Assembly: GCA_964480775.1 (NCBI GenBank)
Contig: CAYZRF010000012.1
Coordinates: 1-32,000 of the forward strand
Length of the DNA stretch: 32,000 nt
Reading direction: 5' to 3'
Source: an uncultured Nitrososphaerota archaeon
GTDB taxonomy: Archaea; Korarchaeota; Korarchaeia; Korarchaeales; Korarchaeaceae
Shown here one piece after another: positions 1 to 8,572 of this stretch; position 1 is the first letter of the stretch, and every line of letters starts with the position of its first letter. Below the pieces are notes generated by a model, which saw only the letters and a list, made by a program, of their open reading frames with translations, searched no databases and was not told the origin of the DNA. The translations under genes were made by a program, and so were the position numbers.

Positions 1-898
1 TCTCAACAGCAACAGCATCTTTTATGAAAATCTGGATTCTGTGCCTAGTAGATTTACCCAATCCGATTGCTAGTTTTGTAGTCGTCATGGAACCTACTAT
101 AGAACCCATGCCTCCAAGCACGCTCATCATTGCTGGATATATGGCAATAAGCCCCGGCAACTTCTTAATACTAAGTCGGAATCTAGCGAGTACTGATCCA
201 CTAAAACTTCCCAAAAGACTAGAGGCGAAAACGCTTGGAACTCCCTCGAAAATAGTCTTTCTAAAGGTCAAATCATTCAGGTGATGTCTGATGAACCACA
301 CAGCTAGACTTACAGAAACAAGTGAAAATAGTGCTAAAAGAGATAAAAGGCCGCTCTCAATTATTTTGACAGCAACAAAAAATATAGAAGCAACTAAAAC
401 ATCATTCATCATGGAAATAGCGGGATATACGATTATATCTGGATCAAATCCTTTCCTAAAGCTCAGAATGGCTACAGCAACGGTAATCGGCATAGCAACA
501 GCAACAGAGGCTATGCAAACAAAAGTTGGTAGAAATAAATAGATTAACACATGGTCAACCTTTGCATGCCCGATTCCGAGGTTAAGGAAGAAAGAGAAAA
601 GACCCATTCCTAATGTATCTAAGAAAGCTAAAACAAATACAGACTTAAGCAGTAAGTAGAACTCTATAGTATTGCCGAAGAAGGATGCCCTTACTCTTCC
701 TGTATTTAGCATAGTTCCCAGCTTTCCAGATAGAATTCCGCCTATATCACCACGAATGGTTAAGACGGGAGGAAAAAGGGCGAGAATCCACGGAAATTTT
801 ACAAACCCATATGATAAAAAGGACACTATTCCGCCAGCAAAAACACTTCCTAAGTTAAATGTAAGGGCTAATAACGACTGGGTAATTGTAGAGCTCAT
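1..898 (-). CDS. MgtE-like divalent cation (Mg2+) transporter, membrane domain family; C-terminal part lies beyond the left window edge
   Basis: It is absent from the ORF track because it has no stop inside the window. I checked every minus-strand codon from ATG 898-896 down to position 2 and found no stop. Translation begins MSSTITQSLLALTFNLGSVFAGGIVSF. It contains the duplicated motifs PPVLTIRGDIGGILSGKLGT and YPAMMSVLGGMGSIVGSMTTT in a multi-TM protein, typical of the MgtE/SLC41 membrane domain. An in-frame alternative TTG start lies at 928. The + strand ORFs 24-284, 291-542 and 672-911 are its antisense shadows. Confidence 0.75.
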   Translation of the reverse strand, partial: MSSTITQSLLALTFNLGSVFAGGIVSFLSYGFVKFPWILALFPPVLTIRGDIGGILSGKLGTMLNTGRVRASFFGNTIEFYLLLKSVFVLAFLDTLGMGLFSFFLNLGIGHAKVDHVLIYLFLPTFVCIASVAVAMPITVAVAILSFRKGFDPDIIVYPAISMMNDVLVASIFFVAVKIIESGLLSLLALFSLVSVSLAVWFIRHHLNDLTFRKTIFEGVPSVFASSLLGSFSGSVLARFRLSIKKLPGLIAIYPAMMSVLGGMGSIVGSMTTTKLAIGLGKSTRHRIQIFIKDAVAVE

Positions 899-1069
899 GC
901 TCAAGGATTGATTCTTCTCGTAAGTCAATGTTGCCCCATGCCAATGCCCCTCCTTTATTCAACAACTCATCCTCCTCCTTGATCAATGGACTTTGACTTC
1001 AAAATCATTTAAAAAGTATTTGGATACAATGAACTCCAATATTTAAGGGATTTAGCTCGCAACAAGCGC

Positions 1070-2287
1070 TCACTTTTCCTCTATTCCCCGAAAAATCATT
1101 TTTTCGAATTTTTCTCTTCCCTCCTTATACCCACTAATAACCACAAGATCTTTCTTTTTCAGCACGAAGGAAGGAGTTGGTTTGTATATCCATCTATCTC
1201 CTCTCTTTACAGCTATGATTCTAAGACCCATTTCTTCCAGATTGATTTCTGAGATGCTTAAACCTACAACCTTGCTTCCATCTTCAATCTCAACCATAAA
1301 GACGGTATCTGCAGTCTCCCGCATCACTTGTTCAACGATTGGGTGGGGCCTTACACCACCTAGGACGACTTCTGCAATAGATCTAGCAGCATCTGTTATG
1401 TTTTCTGCTGCCAAGGCTAATCTAAGCAAACCAAGGACCTTTTCTTCAGGAATACCTTTTTCTCTTCCAGTTTTTATTGCTTCTATCTCTAAGTCTGTAT
1501 GAAGAAGATCTACTAAGAGTTCTAACTTTTCGACTTCTTTTGCTATGTCTGGATTGAAGTAAAGGAAGCTCGAGTGTGCTAGATCAACCGAGAGCTTAGC
1601 TAAATCAATAAGATCCGCAAGCATACTTCCAAGCATTTCCTCAGGAGTTTCAGCCTCTTCCTCCATTACGGGGGGTAGTTGAGGAACTTTGAACTCCTTT
1701 AGCTCACCAGAGGCTATCTTTCTAAAGGCTAAGAGACTCTCTCGATCACCCCTAGCTAGCAAGAGATCATTAGGGCTCAATACAACATCCGAAGGATTGA
1801 ACACCCATTCCTCTCCTCTTTTAAGGGCTATAATGTCGACCCCAATCTTACCTTCTAAAGCCAATTCTTTTGGACTTTTTCCAACCAAAATAGAATTTTC
1901 ACTGAGGTGGTATTTACCTACTCTTTCTTCAACCTCTTCGAATGCTTCTGAGGTTATTCTTGGTATTCCTAGCCCTCTAAGAACGGTATAGGCAACATCG
2001 GTTGCTGCATCTGATATTTTGTCTGAATTAGATGCCAAGACCCACAGTCCTAACATCGCTTCGGCATCTTCCTTGTCCCTGGCAGCAATAGCTATGATCA
2101 TTGCTAGCTGATGACACAATCGATCCACTTTCTCACTTAGTTCTACTACGTTTTGTGCGAGATCTTCATCATTAAAAAGAGCTGATGCGTATGCTAGATC
2201 TATCATCAACTCCGAAGTTGAGAGGATTTCAACTAGAAGATCTCTAGCGGGAATGGGTTTAAATTCTACCCTCTCTTCGCCTTCCAA
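1070..2287 (-). CDS. PhoU-like + TrkA-C (RCK_C) domain protein with an internal duplication, 2 x (PhoU-like helix bundle + TrkA-C); likely regulatory partner of the downstream MgtE-like transporter
   Basis: 405 aa ORF. The two halves share the same architecture: SELMIDLAYASALFND ... VGKSPKELALEGKIGVDIIALKRGEEWVFNP in the first, and LSVDLAHSSFLYFNP ... VGLSISEINLEEMGLRIIAVKRGDRWIYKP in the second. TTG start at 2287 with GGGAG about 9 nt upstream. No other start codon lies upstream of the conserved N-terminal region. Confidence 0.75.
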   Translation of the reverse strand: MEGEERVEFKPIPARDLLVEILSTSELMIDLAYASALFNDEDLAQNVVELSEKVDRLCHQLAMIIAIAARDKEDAEAMLGLWVLASNSDKISDAATDVAYTVLRGLGIPRITSEAFEEVEERVGKYHLSENSILVGKSPKELALEGKIGVDIIALKRGEEWVFNPSDVVLSPNDLLLARGDRESLLAFRKIASGELKEFKVPQLPPVMEEEAETPEEMLGSMLADLIDLAKLSVDLAHSSFLYFNPDIAKEVEKLELLVDLLHTDLEIEAIKTGREKGIPEEKVLGLLRLALAAENITDAARSIAEVVLGGVRPHPIVEQVMRETADTVFMVEIEDGSKVVGLSISEINLEEMGLRIIAVKRGDRWIYKPTPSFVLKKKDLVVISGYKEGREKFEKMIFRGIEEK

Positions 2288-2362
2288 TTCGAAGGTCTCC
2301 CATTTCTTGGATGGAAGGTTGTTATTTAAACCTCTATCTAAGTAAGATTTTTTCTCTAGATA

Positions 2363-2794
2363 CTACTTTCCAATGACTTGCAGAATCATTCTTCTTGATC
2401 TAGGACCGTCAAGCTCTATGAAAAGCACCCTTTGCCAAGTTCCAAGAGCCAGCCTTCCTTTTACTAAAGGTACAAATGTGCTTGATCCACTTAAACAGTT
2501 CAGTATATGAGCATGAGCATTTTCCTCACGAGGAATCCCTTTGTATTTAGCGTTATGTCTGTAGTTTTCTTGAATTGGAACGAGCTTTACGAACTTATCT
2601 AAGATGTCTTGCCAAAGATCTGGATCGCTTTCATTAACTGCTATGGAAGCAGTGGTGTGAGGGCTCCATATGATAACAAATCCTTCGGAAATACCAGAAT
2701 TGAGAACAAATTTCTCTACCTGATCTGTTATATCTATGATCTCAAGTCTTTTTGAACTTCTTATTTTCACTTCATCGACATAAACTTTCACCAC
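2363..2794 (-). CDS. YjbQ/UPF0047 family protein (secondary thiamine-phosphate synthase-like)
   Basis: 143 aa. The N-terminal pattern (IDITDQVEKFV ... GFVIIWSPHTTASIAVNE), the NAHAHI motif and the C-terminal LGTWQRVLFIELDGPRSRR are characteristic of UPF0047. GTG start with GGTGAT 6 nt upstream. Confidence 0.8.
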   Translation of the reverse strand: MVKVYVDEVKIRSSKRLEIIDITDQVEKFVLNSGISEGFVIIWSPHTTASIAVNESDPDLWQDILDKFVKLVPIQENYRHNAKYKGIPREENAHAHILNCLSGSSTFVPLVKGRLALGTWQRVLFIELDGPRSRRMILQVIGK

Positions 2795-2817
2795 ATATCA
2801 CCGAAGCAGTTACGTTG

Positions 2818-3405
2818 TTACCCAGAAATAATAGATTCTATTGTTGCTAGCAATGTCTCTGTGGATGTAACACCAATAAACCTCTTTCTAAGGTGTCCTT
2901 CCTGGTCAACGATAAATAGGGTCGGAATAGCTCTAACCCTGTAAGCTTTTGCTATAGAACCCTTTGTATCAAGAAGAACAAGCCAATCAAGCTCTTCCTT
3001 GGAAACGAACTGTTGGACTGTGTTTTTCTTCTCTCCAACATCTATAGAGATAATCACAACTTTCTCTTCATCTACAACCGATTTCAGTTCTTTGAGATTT
3101 CTCATTTGAATCCTACAAGGTCCACACCACGTAGCCCAGAAATCCAGAAGCACAATCTTTCCTCTGAAATCGCTTAGTTTCACTTTTTCCCCCTCTAGGG
3201 TTTCCAATTCAAAATCAGGAGCAATACCACTTCCTTGATGAGAAGTGGTCGGAGTGCTAGAAGAAGTGGGATGGGGATACACGGTCTCGGGTACGGGGGT
3301 GATTTCAGCTTCAGTTTCTGCTCTCGGTCTTTTCATATACAAAGCAAAGACCAATAGTGTGCAGATTGCTAAAAGTACTATTGTAAGCTTTAATTTGGAG
3401 CTCAT
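2818..3405 (-). CDS. Membrane-anchored thioredoxin-fold thiol:disulfide oxidoreductase (TlpA/ResA/redoxin-like)
   Basis: 195 aa with an N-terminal hydrophobic anchor (LTIVLLAICTLLVFALY) and an S/T/P-rich linker (HPTSSSTPTTSH). The redoxin core is FWATWCGPC, and a cis-Pro region IPTLFIVD follows. Confidence 0.85.
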   Translation of the reverse strand: MSSKLKLTIVLLAICTLLVFALYMKRPRAETEAEITPVPETVYPHPTSSSTPTTSHQGSGIAPDFELETLEGEKVKLSDFRGKIVLLDFWATWCGPCRIQMRNLKELKSVVDEEKVVIISIDVGEKKNTVQQFVSKEELDWLVLLDTKGSIAKAYRVRAIPTLFIVDQEGHLRKRFIGVTSTETLLATIESIISG

Positions 3406-3519
3406 CAGGTCAGAAACCGAAACTTGAATAAAAATGTTTGTCTATAAGGAATTTTCCAGAGTAATAGATAATCTATGTGACATTCTGATCACAACTAAGT
3501 AAAATATGGCGAGGTCTTT

Positions 3520-4314
3520 CTATATTTTAACAGTACCAAGCTCAATAGCTCTCACATAGACCTCTATGATTTCGGTTTTTTCTTTTATAGCCTTTCCTAA
3601 CTCTATTAGAAAGGGGGCAGGTACTTTTTTCACAGACATGAAGGCTGGATCTATCAGAGTTTCAGAAGGAATATACTGCTGAATAACGTAAACAACTCTT
3701 CCTCTCGAATTAAACGCCAATTCAGATACATACTTTGCTAAATGAAGAATATCTTCTGCGTTTAACAGCGTAGGAACGAGGGTTGTCCTTATTTCAACGA
3801 ATGGAACGTCTTTGATACCCATTTTTATTGACGAATCTACGGCCTTTGCCAAGAGTTCTCCTTTACCAGGATCTAAACCAACTATAGAGGCATATTTTTC
3901 TGGATTACTAATCGGACCCTTTAAGTCAAGTGCGAGATGGTCTAATCCAAGCTCAATGACTTCTTTTACTACTTCAGGATTTGTTCCATTGGTGGAGAGA
4001 CTAATTTTCTCACCAACTCGCTTAGATAATAAAAAAAGGGCTTTGAGACCATCTGGTTGAAGTGTAGGTTCCCCACCAGTTACATGCACGTATTTAACGA
4101 GCTTAGAATTCTCTTCTATTAGATGTACGAGTTCTCCTACTTCCTTCTCCATTGTGATTTTGCCAGTTACAACATGAGAGTTTTGGCACCAAGGGCATCT
4201 TAGATTACAATAGTTAAACCAGACAGTGAATGAAGGCTCCCCTATTATGTCAACTAGTGAGAGTTCCTTCCATCCAGCTACTTTAACTCTTACTCTTTTG
4301 AGATCCTCCAGCAT
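3520..4314 (-). CDS. nrdG: Anaerobic ribonucleoside-triphosphate reductase activating protein (radical SAM)
   Basis: Radical SAM motif CNLRCPWCQN, followed by VHVTGGEPT, immediately downstream of nrdD. The ORF-track start at 4428 would overlap nrdD by 107 nt. I prefer ATG 4314, which sits directly after the nrdD TAA and an AGGAGGG tract. ATG 4341 is an alternative. Confidence 0.8.
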   Translation of the reverse strand: MLEDLKRVRVKVAGWKELSLVDIIGEPSFTVWFNYCNLRCPWCQNSHVVTGKITMEKEVGELVHLIEENSKLVKYVHVTGGEPTLQPDGLKALFLLSKRVGEKISLSTNGTNPEVVKEVIELGLDHLALDLKGPISNPEKYASIVGLDPGKGELLAKAVDSSIKMGIKDVPFVEIRTTLVPTLLNAEDILHLAKYVSELAFNSRGRVVYVIQQYIPSETLIDPAFMSVKKVPAPFLIELGKAIKEKTEIIEVYVRAIELGTVKI

Positions 4315-4321
4315 CCCTCCT

Positions 4322-6211
4322 TTACCAACTCTCCCTTCCATAAGTAGCTCTGTTTTTGAACTCAGCTTTCTTTCCATCATTCCATGTCCTAACTGGCCTA
4401 TAGTACCCAACAATTCTGCTCCATACATCTATTCGTTTGCTACCACACTTAGGACAGATGTCAAATACCCCCACAGAATGCCAGTCGCACCTCTGACATA
4501 CTGATATACTGGGTGTAAAGCTGAAGTAAACGACATTTGTATTTTCAACTATTCTCCTCGCTAGTTTCTTCAAAGCCTCTGGGTCAGGACTTTCGTTTAG
4601 GAAGAGATGCATGATAACGCCACCAGTAAACTCCCTCTGTACTTCTCCTTCCCACTCAGCCCTAAGCGATATTGGAACTGAGGCATAGTAAGGTATCACG
4701 CTGTTACTGTAATATGGAGCAGGGTCTCCTCCTGGGATGAGGAGTTCATTAGCCTTAAACTTACTGAGGAACTTCTCTCTATCGAGAATGGCTAGCCTTG
4801 TCCCAGCACTTTCTGCTGGGACCTCTTCTACGTTGTAGAGACACCCATCTTCATCTTCGAACTCTTCAACCCTTCTTCTGACATGAGCTACGATCTTCTT
4901 CATCAAGGATACAGCTTCTTCAACTTCTCCTCTATTCAGATTGTCCCAAAGTGCTGGATTTCCCATGAAATTAGCAACGGCTTCTGGAAGACCCACCAGT
5001 CCGACAGTGCTGTAATGTCCATTGAAATGCCCTAAATACCTCTTAGTAAGGGGCATAAGTCCTCTTGCAAGGCTTTGCTTGTATCTACCTCTCCAAACTT
5101 GGAGGACTTCTCTAGCAACATCTATTCTCTCATCCAAAAGTGATAGAAGCTTATCCCAATCTCCGCTAGCTAGAACGCCAATTCTAGGAAGGTTTATTGT
5201 CACAACCCCTATACTTCCAGTAGCATCTGGGACTGCCCAAAGGCCCCTAGCCCCCCTAGACTTTCTAAGCTCCTCTTCGACGTCTTCTAGGGCAGAGTTT
5301 AACTCAAAATTCTTAACCTTTTCCACATCTAGGGTTAGCCTACAACACATACTGAATAAACTCTCGACTTCTGCTGCATTGCCGTTGAGTAAATAGGCAG
5401 AACCCCTTTTGGAAAGCGCTTCAAAAAATAGGTCTGTTAACCCGTCCCACTTGCTTCCGTTCCAGTCGAAATTCTTTGTGACCATCAAAGTCGGAATCGG
5501 AAAGCTGAACGGTTGCCCCAATGCATCTCCTTCAATGAGAAGCTTAAAGAGTTCCTTTGAGATTGTGATGGCCTCATCAAGACCATCTTCAAGCTTTCCA
5601 ATGACTTTTCCTCCTACAACTGCATCTTCTTCTAGGAACTGCTTATTTGTATCAAGTAAAACCGTTATATTGGTAAAAGCTGACTGGAAGCCTATTCTTG
5701 TGGGATAGTTCAAGTCAAACAGCATTCTTTGAAGCATTTGTTTTACCGCCTTTGAAGACGGTCTATCATGTTTGACAAAAGCAGCAAGGTAGAGATCAAA
5801 AGCAGAAACAGCTTGCGCACCAGTCCATTCCTGCGCTGCTGTGCAAAAGAAACTTACAAGCTGCGATACAGCAGTGTCAGCATGTTTTGGTGGTTTTGAT
5901 ACCATCGTTGGGGTGACAAGACCACTCATTAACAACTTTCTATAAGACCAACCTGTACAGTAGGGAAGATAGAGAGAGTGTGGGAGCTTGTGAATGTGGA
6001 TATCGCCATCAAAATGCATTTTCACAGCTTTCTCTGGTAAATACTCTAAAAGCACTGATTCCTTCTTTAGAAGCTTATCTAAGAGAAATTTCACAAAACC
6101 GCCGTAAGAAACATCTATATTTGCGTTTTCTTGGACTTCCCAATCTATTTTATCATAATAGGCCTTTTCTAAAGCGACGACCTCATCGTTCATATCTAAC
6201 TCAGCCTTCAT
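4322..6211 (-). CDS. nrdD: Anaerobic (class III) ribonucleoside-triphosphate reductase
   Basis: 629 aa. The C-terminal Zn-ribbon cysteines are CQRCDWHS...CPKCGS, followed by the glycyl-radical-type motif SRIVGYYRPV. The overall length and the downstream nrdG fit this call. No N-terminal ATP-cone is evident. Confidence 0.9.
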   Translation of the reverse strand: MKAELDMNDEVVALEKAYYDKIDWEVQENANIDVSYGGFVKFLLDKLLKKESVLLEYLPEKAVKMHFDGDIHIHKLPHSLYLPYCTGWSYRKLLMSGLVTPTMVSKPPKHADTAVSQLVSFFCTAAQEWTGAQAVSAFDLYLAAFVKHDRPSSKAVKQMLQRMLFDLNYPTRIGFQSAFTNITVLLDTNKQFLEEDAVVGGKVIGKLEDGLDEAITISKELFKLLIEGDALGQPFSFPIPTLMVTKNFDWNGSKWDGLTDLFFEALSKRGSAYLLNGNAAEVESLFSMCCRLTLDVEKVKNFELNSALEDVEEELRKSRGARGLWAVPDATGSIGVVTINLPRIGVLASGDWDKLLSLLDERIDVAREVLQVWRGRYKQSLARGLMPLTKRYLGHFNGHYSTVGLVGLPEAVANFMGNPALWDNLNRGEVEEAVSLMKKIVAHVRRRVEEFEDEDGCLYNVEEVPAESAGTRLAILDREKFLSKFKANELLIPGGDPAPYYSNSVIPYYASVPISLRAEWEGEVQREFTGGVIMHLFLNESPDPEALKKLARRIVENTNVVYFSFTPSISVCQRCDWHSVGVFDICPKCGSKRIDVWSRIVGYYRPVRTWNDGKKAEFKNRATYGRESW

Positions 6212-6557
6212 TCTCAGTTAGATTTCCAAACCGATTTAATAAAGGATCATCCATATGTTTCCGCTGTGGTGGTTGTGAATTAGGGACATAAGAAGGATGT
6301 ACGGCGTAATAACTTTTCCACAATCGTGTAATGAATTCCTTCGAAAATAGTTAGAAATTACTGTTGCATTTAGAAGAATTATTTTCTAGAAGCAAAGACA
6401 GAAATTGAATTGTAAACTCATAAAACCTTATTGTTATCAATAGAATTATTCGGGTAAATGAATACAAACTATGTATTGACTCTCTCTTTCGATGTCAGAA
6501 GAAATTTTACACTTAATACATTTAAAGAAGCTCCCAGCACTTCGACTAGGTGATCAG

Positions 6558-7118
6558 ATGAAAGAAAATATCGTATATTTCGAAAGACCAGGGAAAGAGT
6601 GGACCGATGAAGTACTCAAGATATGCAGGGAGTATGCTGAATCCCAAGGAATAAAGGACATAGTTGTTGCTTCTACTACGGGAGAGACCGGAGTAAAAGC
6701 ATCGGAGGTGTTTAAAGGTTACAATCTAGTTGTTGTCACGCATGTAGCTGGTTTTAGAGAGCCAGGAAAAGTGGAATTACTGGATGAGCACAGAAAGAAA
6801 ATAGAGGAAAATGGCGGAAAAATCCTTACTACAACGCATGCTCTTAGTGGCGTGGAGAGAAGCATCAGAAAGAAGTTCGGTACCATTGGGCCTGCTGAAT
6901 TAATAGCAAATACCTTAAGACTTTTTGGGGAAGGGACCAAAGTCTGCGTAGAAATTGCCGTTATGGCTGCTGATGCAGCCCTTATACCAGTAGACAAAGA
7001 TGTTATCTGTATAGCTGGAACAGGAAGAGGAGCAGATACTGCTATGATTATAAAACCAGCACACTCGAATAATTTCTTTGACCTCAAAGTAAAGAAAGTC
7101 CTCTGTAAACCACTGTGA
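6558..7118 (+). CDS. Stand-alone pyruvate kinase C-terminal (alpha/beta) domain-like protein, function unknown
   Basis: The ORF runs 6492-7118. I prefer ATG 6558, which has AGGTGA 4 nt upstream and a TTTAAAG box about 28 nt upstream. The pattern VVASTTGETG ... VVVTH ... ICIAGTGRGADTA resembles the small archaeal proteins annotated as pyruvate kinase alpha/beta domain-containing. The assignment is by eye only. Confidence 0.5.
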   Translation: MKENIVYFERPGKEWTDEVLKICREYAESQGIKDIVVASTTGETGVKASEVFKGYNLVVVTHVAGFREPGKVELLDEHRKKIEENGGKILTTTHALSGVERSIRKKFGTIGPAELIANTLRLFGEGTKVCVEIAVMAADAALIPVDKDVICIAGTGRGADTAMIIKPAHSNNFFDLKVKKVLCKPL

Positions 7119-7140
7119 CAGAGCAATAGAGCATACCTCC

Positions 7141-7150
7141 TTAAAATTAA
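7141..7150 (+). promoter_or_regulatory. TATA-like box (TTAAAATTAA) about 25-30 nt upstream of the acdA-like start
   Basis: TTAAAATTAA sits inside the small palindrome CCTTAAAATTAAGG, and the ATG is at 7175. The spacing implies a leaderless or very short-leader transcript. The intergenic background is A/T-rich, so confidence is modest. Confidence 0.4.
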
Positions 7151-7174
7151 GGTCTGTTAATTTGGTAGAACCAC

Positions 7175-8572
7175 ATGCCTAGAACTGATAGCCTTGATAT
7201 TTTCTTTAACCCAACAAGTGTAGCAGTGATAGGAGCCTCAGCTACTCCAGGCAAGCTTGGACATGAGATCTTAAAGAATTTCATTGGATCTAGGTTTTCT
7301 GGCAAAGTATACCCGATAAATCCTAAATGGAAAGAAATATTGGGGTTTAGGTCTTGGAAGTCAATCCTTGAAGTTCAAGAACCCATAGAGCTTGCGATCA
7401 TCGTAACTCCAGCCAAAGTCGTTCCAAAGGTGCTCGAGGAATGTGTTACTAAAGGAGTTAAAGCGGCTATTGTAATTTCTGGAGGTTTTAGTGAAATTGG
7501 ACCTGAAGGAGCTGAACTCGAAAGAGAAATGGTTAAGATAGCAAGAAAAGGAGGGCTGAGAATAATAGGTCCCAATTGTGTTGGCGTATATGATCCAATA
7601 AGCGGCATCGACACAATATTTGACCCACCTTCTAGATTACAGAGACCATCTTCGGGTCCCATAGCAATAATTGCTCAAAGTGCAGCCATAGGGGCAGGGA
7701 TATTGGAGTGGGCTGATCAAGAGGGGATAGGTGTAAGTAAGTTCATAAGTTATGGAAATAGATGTGATGTTGACGATGCTGATCTGTTGGAATACCTCGT
7801 TGAGGATCCATTAACAAAGGTAATAATTATTCACATTGAAGGTCTTAGGGATGGAAGAAGATTTCTTAAGATAGCTAGAGAAGTATCTCTCAGGAAAGCA
7901 ATTGTAGGACTGAAAACTGGGAGAACAAAAGCAGGAGCAAGAGCAGCTAGGTCTCACAGTGCGTCTATGGCAGGAACTGATAAGGTATACGATGCTGCCT
8001 TCAAACAAGCTGGAATAATAAGAGCCTCTACATGTGAAGAAGCCTTAGACTTTGCAAAGGCTTTGGCGTATCAACCCCTTCCAAGGGGGAGCAGAACTCT
8101 CATATTTGGCAATTCAGGTGGGACTGCTGTGATTGCATCCGACGTATGCGAAGAACTAGGAATACCTTTTGCTAACCTCGAAAAGAAGACAATTGAAGAG
8201 ATTAAGGGGATTTTCCCAAAGTACACAATCATAAATAACCCGATGGATCTAACAGGAGATGTAAGTTCAGAGAAACTTGGCAGGGCTCTTAAAATAGCTG
8301 CTTCTGATAGAGGAGTTGATTGCGTTGTCTTACTAATACAGTTTCAAACTCCTCTACTAAATGAGGATGTTGTGGATATAATAGGAGAGGTTTTCATGGA
8401 GGTGGGAAAACCCTTTGTCTCTGGTGGAGTGGGGGGAGACTATACAATGAGACTATCAAAGGAACTTGAGCTGAAGTACAAAATTCCTTCATATAAGTCT
8501 CCAGAGAGAGCGGTGAGAGCACTCTGGGCTCTGGTAAGGAGGTATCAATACATTAGGAAAAACCTAGATTAG
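7175..8572 (+). CDS. acdA: Acetate--CoA ligase (ADP-forming), alpha subunit (CoA-binding + succinyl-CoA-ligase-like domains)
   Basis: 465 aa. It is near-collinear with what I recall of Pyrococcus AcdA: FNPTSVAVIGAS..PGKLG, IVTPAKVVPKVLEEC, GLRIIGPNC, the phosphohistidine segment RSHSASMAGTDKVYDAAFKQAG, and NPMDLTGD. No beta-subunit gene is adjacent. Confidence 0.85.
   Translation: MPRTDSLDIFFNPTSVAVIGASATPGKLGHEILKNFIGSRFSGKVYPINPKWKEILGFRSWKSILEVQEPIELAIIVTPAKVVPKVLEECVTKGVKAAIVISGGFSEIGPEGAELEREMVKIARKGGLRIIGPNCVGVYDPISGIDTIFDPPSRLQRPSSGPIAIIAQSAAIGAGILEWADQEGIGVSKFISYGNRCDVDDADLLEYLVEDPLTKVIIIHIEGLRDGRRFLKIAREVSLRKAIVGLKTGRTKAGARAARSHSASMAGTDKVYDAAFKQAGIIRASTCEEALDFAKALAYQPLPRGSRTLIFGNSGGTAVIASDVCEELGIPFANLEKKTIEEIKGIFPKYTIINNPMDLTGDVSSEKLGRALKIAASDRGVDCVVLLIQFQTPLLNEDVVDIIGEVFMEVGKPFVSGGVGGDYTMRLSKELELKYKIPSYKSPERAVRALWALVRRYQYIRKNLD

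Noticed and set aside
24-911. Three plus-strand ORFs from the track (24-284, 291-542, 672-911).
   Set aside because: They lie antisense to an uninterrupted minus-strand frame (898 down to 2) that encodes a clear MgtE-like membrane protein. Their products are Ser/Pro/Thr/Leu-rich, which is typical of shadow frames.
2288-2365. The YjbQ TAG stop is in the same frame as the downstream PhoU/TrkA-C gene, with no further stop in the 75-nt spacer. This raises the possibility of read-through or a Pyl-type fusion.
   Set aside because: Twenty-five stop-free codons by chance is not unlikely. TAG is used as an ordinary stop by several other genes here (the acdA-like, HMGL-like, HdrD-like and FrdB-like genes). 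The two families are functionally unrelated.
4315-4428. The N-terminal extension of the nrdG ORF (38 extra codons) that overlaps the 3' end of nrdD.
   Set aside because: The extension is not part of the radical-SAM activase fold and would overlap nrdD by 107 nt. An ATG immediately after the nrdD stop with an AGGAGGG tract gives a normal-length activase.
2818-6211. The thioredoxin-fold gene downstream of nrdD-nrdG as a dedicated reductant for a thioredoxin-dependent class III RNR.
   Set aside because: The redoxin has an N-terminal membrane anchor and an S/T/P-rich linker, so it is probably extracytoplasmic (TlpA/ResA-like). It is also separated from nrdG by a 114-nt gap. I cannot assign the NrdD reductant subtype by eye.
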